Positions 47,370-59,066 of a DNA stretch of 64,000 nucleotides are shown piece after piece. Below the pieces are notes generated by a model. It was not told the DNA's origin and searched no databases. It saw only the letters and a program-made list of their open reading frames with translations. The position numbers were made by a program, and so were the translations under genes. Within the stretch, counting starts at the first letter, position 1, and every line of letters starts with the position of its first letter. Origin of the DNA: Flectonema sp. DT1601 (lineage: Eukaryota); assembly GCA_964019425.1 (NCBI GenBank), contig OZ025783.1:806001-870000 (forward strand), given 5' to 3'.

Positions 47370-50300
47370 TTCTTCCTTCGTCCCTTGTGAAATAAAAGCT
47401 CTTTTCGCTTGCTATCCTTTTTTTTTTATTATTTTTTATTATTTTTGTGTGTTTGCTATCTCTACTATCAATTGTGACGTGGTCGAGTTGTTTGTGAAGG
47501 AAGTTTCCTTTTTTCTTGATTAACTTGCTGACCCTCAAATATATGAGTTTTTCCTTGTCACTGCGTAGAGAACAGTGAGGCAATCTACCCAATTGTGTTA
47601 TCCCCTGTAATGTTGAGGCTGCCATTAAAACGGTTCTTTTCCTCTACGGTGGTGACATGTAAACAATTGCTATACTTTTTTCTATATTTACTCCTTCTGC
47701 CTATCACGATGAAAGGCAGGGTTCTTGTGCCACAAAGCTAATGGTGAGCCAACCAGATACGATAAATAAGTTAACGGGTGAACCTCTTTCAGAGGATCTA
47801 TTATTCAAACAAAAAAAAAAAAAAAAAATGTGCGAGCGGACATATAAACTAATTCTTGTTTGATAACTTCGTGCCGAGACAAAGCCGTTCAGTGATATTC
47901 TTCGTGCTGCTTGTTCTATGGACTCTTTTTTGTTGTTATATTCCTCCTCTATTCTTGTTTTTGATTACACCTGATATTTCTTATTTTATTTTTCACTTCT
48001 CGTTCTCTGATTTAACCGCAAAAGGCAGGAGCGTGTCTTCCCTTTGGGATTTACTCATCGCTGCTCTAGCATCCCGAGGAGATTCTCCCCTCGGCGTATC
48101 CACACGGTGGTCTTCGTAGACTCGATACTTTTCACTGATATAAATAAACGTTTTGCCTAGTTAGCTACTTTACAGTTAGTTCATTTGTTGGTGATTGTTA
48201 CTAACAAAGAATCTTGTGAGAGTTTTCATCAATACCACCATAAAGAAAGTTAGCTTTGCTCTAGTCTCTCTGATGAGGTACTATAGTTGGCTTTCATTTC
48301 AAGGTCTCTTCATTTTGTAATTATCATTATTTCTTTTTAGGCTTTATGCTCTCCTTTTATTTGTTAACTTTAAAGGGGGTTTTGTGCGAGTTCAAAAAAA
48401 AAAACTGACTATCCCTTAACTTTAAATTTCAAATAATAATGCTTACAATTCTGCAGCAAAAACGACGGCTCGGAGAAAGCCGTTGTCACTGCGTATTTTT
48501 CAATTGTTAGATTATCACTTAAGTTCGTGTGTTTTTACTCCTTTGACTACGCATGCAAAAGTTGCAGAGATCTAATACTGTTTCCTGTTTGAATAATCGG
48601 GGGAGGGGGAAAAAAAAAAGTAGAAAAAATTATCTCAAAAAGCCTCTCTTTCATATTATTAGTATTATTATAAAGTATCAAAAAAAAAAAAAAACCGGTT
48701 GATTGCAAAGGCGATGAAAAAACAATAACAAAAAGAGTTATGGCCCAAAATACACTTGGTGGCCCAAAATACACCGAACCTGTGACTTGGGACTTTGGCC
48801 TGACTGTGTCCCTGGGGGGTCCGCATAGCTCGGTAGACGGATGAATCCCACGTGGAGACAAGAGGTTGATTTAAATCTGGGTAGGACGGTGGGACTTTTT
48901 AGGGATCCCTATGCCTCCCTCAGGATCACCAATGAGAATCAAAGATTATGGTACATCCCTGCAGACGGTATCAGAGCCTTACCTTAAATTATTACTTCCC
49001 TGGTTGAGAACCAACCAATCTCAGCCATTCCGGTGTATTTTGGTCCATTTGAAAAAAATATGAAGTACATTTTGGACCACTGCCATAACAAAATGATCTT
49101 CCCCTTCATCTATTATTGATGAAATGTTTTGTTCATTGTTTCTATTTGCATAAGTAACACGGAGTCTTTTGAAACTCACAGGTAACTGGACTACTGTCGA
49201 TGAAGGCAATTCTCTGTTTGCATAGCTGAACACACTACTACTATTTTTTTGTTTTTTGCTTTTATTTTTGTCCTCCCTGCGATGTTTTTTTTTTGGAGTC
49301 AGTGAGTAAAAGAAATAAAATATTCAATTCGTCACCAACAAGTTTCGGTTGTTTATTCTGTTAGAAGTAGTTCACCTTTTTTCGTTCCAGCATTGACTTT
49401 GATGAAATCTCTTACAAACATTGTAAGCAATGTTGAGCTGTACATTATATGCGCCTCCACCTTTCTATCGTTCGATATTTTAAAGAAAAAAACACGTATT
49501 ACGGAATACTGTTTGATCCTTGAGAAAAGAATTTGCCTCCCGCAAAGTTTTTTTTGTAATAAAATGAAAAACTTCACCCCCCCATTGCACACTTGGTACT
49601 GATGATGGGAACAAAGGTAAGAGGAATTTAGTTCACTCTTCAAACCTAATAGTTACTTCAAAAGGCTAAGTTAAGCATCACCAGTCACTGTATCATTACA
49701 AGATGTTATGATGCAATAGAGTTGTATTTTTACAAAATCAAGCAATTATCACTCCCCACACACTTGAGCTTGAAAAGACGATATCAATTTGCCAAAAAAA
49801 ATAACTACCCTCAGATTGTTGCTGGAGTTGATTCGGTCTTTTAAGTTACAATACCATATGAGAGAGATGGTAAGGAATATGGATTAGGCTAGTTGAGCAT
49901 CGCTATAATCACTTTAACAGATGTCAAATAATATCATCCCCTCACTGCTATCTATTGATTCGCAAGATTCGAACAAACTATCTATTTTTTTTGTGTCTCT
50001 CTCCTTCATGCCTATTCAGCAAGGGATTTTCTTTTTTTTTTCCTATTTTCGGTTTCGATGAATCACACAACAATGAATCACAAAAAAAAAAAAAAAAAAA
50101 AAAAGGCAACAATTTTTTTTGTTCTTTTTTTTTTTTTTTTTTGCTCTGAATTACGATAAAAATATTACCTCCTCACTTGAGCGGAATGTTTACTTGTGTT
50201 AATCGCTTAGTTAACTTTTAATACAATACATATTCTTATAAGTATGCTCAAGGTATTTATTATCCCTTATTTGAACTAACCATTGTTCCTGTTTGCAATC

Positions 50301-51357
50301 GAAGACAGTGGCCTAAGTCAGTTTTATACCAAGGTTTTTATCAACGGAACTCTTTTTTTTTTTTCCAACAAACTCTACTCTCTGTGTGAAAATGTTTTTC
50401 GTTTTTTTTTTTTGCTAGTTCGATAGTTTAACAAGCTAGGCGAAGTGAAAAACTGGGGATTTGGTATTCTTTATCCCTCAGATGAAGCTAATAAAACAAT
50501 CCATGCTGAGTCTTCAGATATGGCTATGGATTGGGTCCACTGTTGCTGAGTTACTTAGCACTCATAATATACAGCAACGTTGGATTATAACTAAACTAAT
50601 TATTCGTTAACTCATATTCTATCTATTTGTTAAATGTTCAGATCAGTTTTGTTGCCTTGATGAAAATCGGAGCCATGTTTTTTTTTTCTTTTTTTTTTTC
50701 CCACTTTCCCGTTCTCCATTTTATCAGTATGGCCTTATTACTATATGATAACCTTACAATCTTATCTACACTGGGCTAGGCTGTCACAGGCCCTGTTAAT
50801 TTTGTTGTCACCAGCTAGACCAAAGGATCGTTAGGCCATGCTTTCACACCGTGATCGGTACTGAAGATCGCGCGAATCTAAATGAGATCTGTTTTTTCAG
50901 ATTAGCTTGCTAAACGGAACTTGCGTGAAACTTGTACTCCTTTTCTTTTTTTTTTGGGTTTTCTTTGCAAAAGAAGTGAAACGAAACTTATAATAATACT
51001 CTTATAGTATTACAATGAAAATGAATGAAGTGGACGAAAAAAAAAAAAAAAAGAAGGGGGGCCCGGGGGGGAAAAGGGAACCGACGTCACCTATTGCAAG
51101 CAACATCACTAAAGTCTCGCATTAGTTACTAATTTATGATATATCTATACGAACAGGTACCCTAATTATGCAGCTTCGGTGGTTCCCGTTTGAACATATT
51201 ATTTAGTTTTAATCAGCTTTACTCCCCTAAACCAGGTGAATTATCACACCAATTCAAAAGGAAAACAATGTTGTAAGTACCCCTGCTCACTAAAGGGACG
51301 CACTTCAAGAAAAAAAACTCTCTAACAAATTAAAATCGAAAACAATAATACCGAAGG

Positions 51358-52206
51358 ATGACTATTAATATGCTAAAGTTGCAAGAGGTCGTGGAGGCGA
51401 CCTTCTCAAAAGAGAATTTAGAAAAGGTTTGCTTATTCTGTTCCTTAAATAATAATAACCTCTACTGTGCACATAAACAATAATAAATAACAGGATAAGT
51501 ATCTAGTGGGGAAGATGGACTCGAAGAGCTATGTTCCACTCACTGTCATCAGCAAGTTCCCAAAGATCGAATCTCACCTGCCGAAGGGCGCGCAATTGGA
51601 TGCGTTGGAAGCTGTTTGTGAAGGAAGTGAATATTTGCAATTCGAAATTAGATCTACTGTTCCGTGTGTACGCAGAAGACCACAAGAAGCTCAACGAGGT
51701 ACCACAGACCCTGGTGTGTGGGCGCAGCAGTTTTGGTCTGAACTGACGTCACCCGTCTACACTCCCGACGAGACTATTTACACCGTTGAAGATCTCACAA
51801 AGTTAGAACAATTTTCTTCCCAACAAGACTCATTTGTCTCCACCTTTGGTTACTTTGAAGAAGACGCCAGCAATGGTTTCTGTGGAGTTCTCTCCAGCGC
51901 TGAAGTAAGAATGCGGTATGTAAATACTTCTTATTCGTGTTCAATTTTACTATTTCAGAAACAAACCAAACAAAATACAGTGACGAGGAACCAAAGGCCG
52001 CGGCGTGGGAATCATCTGCTGCAAAGGCGAGACGTCAGGAAACTAATGAAGATTCTTGGGCTGACAAGTCTGCCCAACGTAGAAATGTCATGCAGAACTT
52101 AAAGGGAAGAGGTGGAGGTTATAACAAGACTATGATCCCTGTAGAGATGTGTAAGGGACCAGAAGGAAATGGATTTCACATCGGAAGAGGGAAACCTCTT
52201 CGATAA
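51358..52206 (+). CDS. La-related RNA-binding protein (La motif plus C-terminal LSA/SUZ-C-like motif; LARP6-like), 238 aa, 3 exons
   Basis: Exons 51358-51426, 51494-51915 and 51981-52206. The spliced N-terminus LQEVVEATFSKENLEK|DKYLVGKMDSKSYVPLTVISKFPKI is a La motif; the C-terminus is KGPEGNGFHIGRGKP. Confidence 0.8.
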
Positions 52207-52914
52207 GCACACAGTCTTGTGCCTGTTTAATAATAGCTCGTTGGTACCCTTTAGGTACTTAATCTGGAGACAACGAGTCTCTTTATCTGTAGTGACAACA
52301 ATACATGGTGGGATGTGTGTGAAAATAAGAAACATACAGAGAACGAAAGAAGAAAGAAAAATAACAAAGCCAAAAAAAAAAAAAAAAGAACAAGAAAAAA
52401 TAGGTAAAAAAAAAACTTCATAAAAAAAAAATAAAAAAAAAAAAAAAATTAGTGTTTGGTTTCCATTATTCTTTTCGAGAATCTTTTCCTTTTTTCAACG
52501 TTTGCAAGAGTCGTCCATTTTACGAAACTAATACCACTAAAGAGCAAACCCACCGAGCAATTGTCACACTGGTCACCTGTATACAGAATGTCAGGTTGCT
52601 GAGCACCTCATTCTTAACATTTATAAAAGAACCAAAAAAAAAAAAAAAAAAAAAGGGCAGCAAACAAGAAGTGCAAACCGAACCAGAAAGAAGGATTCTT
52701 TTAAACACATTTTCGGAAGTTGTCATTCCGATATGTGACGCGTTCGTAGTATTCTTGTGAGTAGGAATACCTGTTTTAGTTAATCAGTTTTATGGAAAGT
52801 TATTTAAGTTGTCCCCCTCCAGAACAATATAATAGAACTAAAGCAACCATAGCTGTTGTCGGATTATCCCTTACTTTTAGCAATTCATTCCCCTAAAGCA
52901 GTCAACGAACCAAC

Positions 52915-54785
52915 ATGAAGATTGGAGGTAGGGCGAGCGTAATGTTCCCAAAAGGGTCAGCAGACTACTGGGAATACAGAGACAGACAAGAACAGTATTA
53001 TATGGAAAAGGATGAAGACGCTGATGAGTCCGTTGATCGTGACCGCAGACCGAGATCTGATACTCCAGAACTATCTCTTCCACCAAGACCTCCTGTAAAG
53101 TCTCGAAAGTTAGATGACAGTAAATGGGCAACAGAAGAAATGAAATTAGTTCAACAGCATACAAGTCAACTTGCAGTAAAAGATCAAGTGATTGATGAAA
53201 CAATGCAAGAAACAAAGACTGCAAGACAAAAGATAAGCAGACTTGAGACACAACTAACTGAGGGATCTCGAGAACAAGCTCTGCAGTTGGCAGAAAAGGA
53301 CCGCGAGCTGAAGTCTTTAGACAAGTTAGTCCTCGAATCCGAAGATAAGATCAACGAAGAAAAACGGAGACGTGTTTGCCTGGAGGAATCTATTGCATCG
53401 CTAAACAGTGACATTGCAACAGAAAAGAACGAGAAAGTCAACTTCCAACAACAGCTCTCAACACTACGCGAGGATATGAAACTACTTCAGGAAAGAGCTG
53501 ACAGTCGAAACGATGAAATTGAAGCGAAAGATAAACAGATCGCCCGACTAAAGGAAGGCAACACTAAACTAGAAGTAGACTTTGAGAAGTCAGAGGAAGC
53601 CCGTATCGCAAACATGCGTACTATTCGTGAACTGGAAGCAACGACTGATACACTTCGGGATGAGCAAAAGAAACCACAACCAGTTCCTGAGGACGCTATT
53701 GAATCACTTCGAAAACAACAGGAATCTCGAATTCTCATTTTGGAAACGAAATACTCAAACGAGCTCTCTGCTGAGCGCGCGACACGTAACTCATTGCAAG
53801 ACTCAATAAAGCGCCTCGAATCACAAGTTGAAAACGCCCCTCGCGATGATGAAGTCCTTCGTAACAAAGTGAAAGACATGCGCACTGAGATTTCTAAGAT
53901 CAGACAAAAGAAACGAGAGCTCCAAACACAATTCGACCGCAATGAAGTTGACTTGCGTAGGCTCACAAGAAAGAATGAAAATCTTGTAGCAAAAGCAACT
54001 GAAGGAGAAGAAGCAATCAGAAAAATACAAGACATGCAAAAGAGAATTGAACAATTAGAAATACAACAGGAAAGTTGTAAAGTATACCAATCCAGTCATG
54101 AAGTTGATGAAAAGGTTCAAATTGCCATAAGTGAAATGGAACGAGCTCAGGAAAGTGAATCTGCTCTTCAAAGTAAACTAAACGATAGGATGGCTGAGAT
54201 AGAAGCAACAAAAACTGAAAGAGTTTCAAAGGAAGCAGAAAATGATACACTTGTAGTAGAACGAGACCAGCTACTGAAGCAAGTCAACCAACTGAGCAGC
54301 AGCCTCGAAACCCTTCGTTCGGATGTTGAGAAACAGGCTGCTGAAGATACTCAAAAATCAAAGTCAGCAGAAGACAACAACGAGGCCAACGACGAAGTGA
54401 ATCAAATGAAGATCGCTGTTCAAGAACTAACTAATAAACTTAAAGAAGAAGTCAAAGAAACTGATAAATTATTTGTTGAGCTCTTTGGATACAAGGTCGC
54501 TAAGAACAAGCACGGTGTTATTAAGATAGCCCCAGTTAATGCAGCAGGTCGTGCTCAGTGGAAGAAGGAACTCTGCGTTCGGATGACAGAGGGTGAATAT
54601 CTACCTGCTCCTTCTCCTCTTTTAGCGATGTATAAGAAAGAAAACGAAGTAGCAGATGACGAAAAGCTTCGCCCTTGCCAAGTATGTTACTGATAATACA
54701 ACATAATGATTTATATTAATTAAATACAACACATCAAAACAAACAGGTCATCGCACTCGTCTCTAAGAACGTCATCAGAAAATAG
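52915..54785 (+). CDS. Long coiled-coil protein with a Mad1-like C-terminal domain, 601 aa, 2 exons
   Basis: Exons 52915-54681 and 54747-54785 (intron GTATGT..CAAACAG, 65 nt). Heptad-rich E/K/Q body followed by LFVELFGYKV..GVIKI. The gene is well supported; the Mad1 identity is tentative. Confidence 0.75.
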
Positions 54786-54942
54786 TACTTTAGACTATTG
54801 CCTATTGCCTTGTATTCATAAGGACTCTCATATGTCATTAGAAGACAATACCTAGACAAATAAGTGTACCAGTCACTCAAAGTTGGAAACCTATCTGTAC
54901 TGATTCTTTATTATTATTTTCACAAAGGAGGGAATAAAGAAA

Positions 54943-56031
54943 ATGGCCGACGGTTTGTTGCTGGAGGTGCCTCTCACACAATACCCACCTATGATCCCTC
55001 CACCTTTCCCTGTCGTACCTCAACCAATAATTGTTCCTCTTACTGGGAGGGAGCTTATTGCTGCGGAGAGGGGGGTAACTCTTGTGAAGTGCGATGATGA
55101 CATTCGTCAGATTGAGAAAGCAACTCGCGACAAACACGAGTCTGATAGTTTATATGGAGGTACTAGACAACATGTTAATCAAATGTCACATGCAACTAGT
55201 GTAGCACGAGTCATGTTAAACAGCAGCATCCAGGCTCTAGAGCAAACAGAGCGAAGTCATCAGCAAGTAGCTGTAGAAGTAGTCGACACTGCGTCCGCAG
55301 TTGAACGATGTGAAGGTGAGTACGAGTTAGCGTGCGGCCTTCTTCATACGAGCGATACGATAAGATTGGAACTTCAGAGTGAGTTCATAAGAAAAAGAGC
55401 TGCCCTCGACGACACACTTCTCGAACTCCAAAACATCGAAGCGTCGATCGAACGTTCGGAACAATTACACAGTGACGCTGTTTCAGAATCGATGAGGCTC
55501 AGTCTGCAAAACAACGAACTAGAAAGCAAGAGGTCTGTAATAGGCAAGCGACTGGCTGGTGAAGAAAAGCGTCTCGAGCAGGCAAAATGCAGCGAGTTCT
55601 TGGAGGAAACTCAAACTCGAGATATAATATTGAAACAAGTCGCTTCAGGGAATCAATCAGTGGATCTAAAAGCGAAGATTGCTAGACTACAAACTTCATT
55701 GGCAGCTGCAGTACAAAAGCATCGAAGTAGTGTTTTGTATGTTGAGGACATGCAACGAGCTGAGCAAGCAGCTAGAGATGCCAATCAACAACAAGATAGT
55801 ATTGTGTTGGATGCATCTGCGAATTTGATGGCTGTCGAGACGCTTGAGGAGTCTCCACGAAATCTGCCACCAGCAGCACCTATCCCACCAGCCACAGTTC
55901 CAGACAACAGTTCCGTCGACATCACATCTCCTGAAGCTGCTGCTGCTCGTGACTTGTTAGTCGAGCAGTTGATGTCTCGACATCGTGTTTTAAAATCTAA
56001 AATAATAAAAACACCCGACTTACTTACCTAA
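54943..56031 (+). CDS. Hypothetical coiled-coil protein with Pro-rich segments near both ends, 362 aa
   Basis: Long ATG-initiated ORF with protein-like composition and heptad periodicity. Confidence 0.75.
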   Translation: MADGLLLEVPLTQYPPMIPPPFPVVPQPIIVPLTGRELIAAERGVTLVKCDDDIRQIEKATRDKHESDSLYGGTRQHVNQMSHATSVARVMLNSSIQALEQTERSHQQVAVEVVDTASAVERCEGEYELACGLLHTSDTIRLELQSEFIRKRAALDDTLLELQNIEASIERSEQLHSDAVSESMRLSLQNNELESKRSVIGKRLAGEEKRLEQAKCSEFLEETQTRDIILKQVASGNQSVDLKAKIARLQTSLAAAVQKHRSSVLYVEDMQRAEQAARDANQQQDSIVLDASANLMAVETLEESPRNLPPAAPIPPATVPDNSSVDITSPEAAAARDLLVEQLMSRHRVLKSKIIKTPDLLT

Positions 56032-56550
56032 TATAGTCAAGTTCAAATAAGATTTTTTATATCTAAACAGACACCTCACGTGAATTCGTAACAAGTCAGT
56101 AACTCAACCACCTACAATTCAACTAACCTCACTATAAGCCTTACACTTTTCATAAGAAAGGATAGGCGACAGGGGGATCGATGGTTCACCAGAACCATTC
56201 ACTTTCACAATGTTACAAGCAATGATGAATTGGCTGAAATCCTTGTTAATTCATACATTGTAGTAGCGTACAATTGATTAATCAAAAAAGAAAAAAGGAA
56301 AAAAACGAAGCACACCACAATTAACAACCGAATAAGATAAAAAAAACCAGCCTTGATTGGCTATTTGTATTGTATTTTTAAGTTTCTGTTGTTTCGGTTT
56401 GAATTATTCTGCGGTTTTGGGTGTTGTTTACTTTTTTTGGTAAAAAATTCATTTACAGCAGGAACAGATGAATAGCTGTTGTGTTTTATGTGTTTTTTTG
56501 ATTTTAATATTTTGTCACACAACCCATCAGACCACACAAAGTATACAACA

Positions 56551-57222
56551 ATGTCATGGGACGAACGCTTCTCAGACTTGAGATCGGAACTGCGAGCAGC
56601 AAGAAGGGAGGCAGACTTACTAGCTGAAGGTGAAGTAGAACAGGTTGCTTTACAAAGGAGGAAAGCTGCTGTTAGAAAAAGCTTAATAACTATGGAAACT
56701 ACAATAAAGCAACTCACTGTGACTGCTAAAGAAACACCAGACACTGATGAACGAACTGAGCGTCTGGGTAAGTTAGAACAAGCTCGAGAACAACGAAAAG
56801 GAATATCTGATTTATTGATATCTAAAAGGGAAGGAGGAGTGTTTCAATCAATCAGAAGTTTGTTTGAAAAGAAGACCGACGAAGAACCAGAAGACATGTT
56901 TGACGACGAGGATGACCAAACTCTACTTTTAATGCAAAATCAACAATTAGACAGACAAGATGAAACCCTCAGCAGACTTCATAATGTTATTCTACAACAG
57001 AAAGCTGTTGGTCACGCTATCAATGTTGAATTAGATGAGCAGAATGGACTCGTTGACCAACTCGGAGTAGGAGTCGATCGTTCCACAGCTGCAATCCGAA
57101 ATGAAACGAAGCGAATTAGTAAATTATTAGACGCTTCTCAAGCAGACAGTAAGATGACTTATTGCATCTGTTTTCTTTTATTAGCGTTAGTTCTTGTCGT
57201 TATACTCGCATTCGAAACGTAA
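56551..57222 (+). CDS. Qc-SNARE (syntaxin 6/8, SYP5/6-like), 223 aa
   Basis: N-terminal helical bundle, SNARE motif QDETLSRLHNVILQQKAVGHAINVELDEQNGLVDQL, and a C-terminal TM anchor. Confidence 0.88.
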   Translation: MSWDERFSDLRSELRAARREADLLAEGEVEQVALQRRKAAVRKSLITMETTIKQLTVTAKETPDTDERTERLGKLEQAREQRKGISDLLISKREGGVFQSIRSLFEKKTDEEPEDMFDDEDDQTLLLMQNQQLDRQDETLSRLHNVILQQKAVGHAINVELDEQNGLVDQLGVGVDRSTAAIRNETKRISKLLDASQADSKMTYCICFLLLALVLVVILAFET

Positions 57223-57694
57223 GCGACTGACTTTGGTGTTACACTTGTTATGAATATTGCTACCAGATAGCAACAGATGATTGCCGTGTGTTGATTAAGT
57301 TACTTTTTTTTGATTCGATCAATAAATGCAAGTGTGCCATGTTTTCTTTTCCTTCCTTCCTGCTATGACAAGCGTTAGTGAGGATATCACTCAGTGTAAC
57401 AATCCTCATGTACCATATCTGTATTCATTGCAGTGCATTTTTAACAGCAGCCAAGCATACTGCGAAGGGAAAGTATTTCCTTTTGTCAAATAAATAAAGA
57501 ATTCATTTAATCTTCGGTTGAGTGTTTTTCTTCTTACGAAAATTCTTATCCCTGAAACTTGCCCCCGTTGACTATCCCGACTGACTGTTTGTTTTTGGTA
57601 TTTATGAAGAGACTAGTAATATAGTCATGTCGTTGTGTGGTTTTATACTTTTTTTTCTTTTTTCTCCCTCCTCAGTTTTTAAACGATAACAAAA

Positions 57695-58669
57695 ATGATT
57701 TCATTATCAACTCAAAGGCACATAGTAGTCACGTCAAGGAACAGTAGACGATACACTCATCAAGCATCACTTCACAAATCAAGTAGCCTGCTGACAACGC
57801 ATGATGATGTTTTGCCTCTACCCCCACAACAAATTGGGAACCCATTCCTTGGTCTAAAGTGGAGACATGACATAGTACTTGCCAAGTTAGTTAGTCTTCT
57901 TCAAAAAATTATAAAAGATCACAACACTCTATTCTGTAAAACCAACTCATCATTATCAAATGCTAGAGATTGGATACTTATAAGTGATTCACCAGGTACA
58001 AAGTTTCAATTTCCTCTTTCAATGACTGGAAGAGGAACAATACAGAGACCAGATATTGTTCTTTATTCTTCTGAACTCAAACAAGTTTCATTGCTGGAGC
58101 TGACTTGTTGCAAAGATGAGATTTTGGATAAATCTCATATTTATAAACAAATGAAATACGGGCAATTGGCGATGCAAATTGCTGAAAATGGATGGACGGT
58201 CACTCGAAACACTTTAGAGGTGTCAGCAGATGGGAGCATCGATGAGTATCAAATAATGAGATTGTGTCGATTTGCGGGAATTTCAGGTTTCAAAGCCAGT
58301 GAAATAGTACGAAGCTGTACTAGTTTGTGTAAACGCTGTTCTACAATACTCGTAGCCAGTTTGTTTGATCAACAGGTGTCAACTAAGATGATCTGGTCTC
58401 CGACCATAAGTTTTATCGGATTTACAACAACAAGAAATAAAAAATATTTTCAAATTGTTGTTGGAACTGAAGTCACGTACTTGACCAACTACTGCATTGC
58501 CAATAATACTATCTGTGTCACGGTGTCTCAAGAACTACGAGGTGATGATATTGAAATACCAATCGGAGAGTTCACAAATTCCGTGTGTACTTTAATTCAA
58601 TTCGTAAACAACATTACAACACTAAATGAGAATAACACAGCGGGGTCTGCCAACACATGTCATACATGA
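57695..58669 (+). CDS. Stand-alone restriction-like endonuclease (RLE) of non-LTR retrotransposon type, 324 aa
   Basis: KWRHDIVL, ARDWILISD, QRPDIVLYS, LLELT, KQMKY..L and GWTV..LEV occur in the order typical of the RLE domain. No RT domain or CCHC knuckle is present. Confidence 0.8.
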   Translation: MISLSTQRHIVVTSRNSRRYTHQASLHKSSSLLTTHDDVLPLPPQQIGNPFLGLKWRHDIVLAKLVSLLQKIIKDHNTLFCKTNSSLSNARDWILISDSPGTKFQFPLSMTGRGTIQRPDIVLYSSELKQVSLLELTCCKDEILDKSHIYKQMKYGQLAMQIAENGWTVTRNTLEVSADGSIDEYQIMRLCRFAGISGFKASEIVRSCTSLCKRCSTILVASLFDQQVSTKMIWSPTISFIGFTTTRNKKYFQIVVGTEVTYLTNYCIANNTICVTVSQELRGDDIEIPIGEFTNSVCTLIQFVNNITTLNENNTAGSANTCHT

Positions 58670-59066
58670 TACGACAATGAGGTGTTCAGTGAAATTAGAA
58701 CCAGGTATTGTAGTAATTAATGTACCAGTTATTGATGAAGGTGTGCTATCGGGTAACTGTGCTCCAGTTCATTCTTGGAGTAACTTACTATAGAAATCAG
58801 CTGAAGTTCCTTCAGCAATTTACACAGCAGTTTCTAATTACATTCTAACGAACTCGCTTATCGGTTTAAGTGGTGCTCACCACACTAACGGATACCATCT
58901 CTCAATTATATTGTAAAGTGAATAGACAAGGGAGTTATTACTGTTACTTTATTCACTTCAGGACAGGTTTGCAAAAATAAACGCCTGCGTTGACATAAGC
59001 AAATCATATTATGAAGCGTTAGTTGATTTCTTTATTTCTTTTTTTTTGATTAGATTTATAACAGCC

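Noticed and set aside
48815..48880. tRNA-like fragments (TAGCTCGGTAGA; also 45500-45565)
   Set aside because: No cloverleaf, acceptor stem or proper TTCRA loop could be built.
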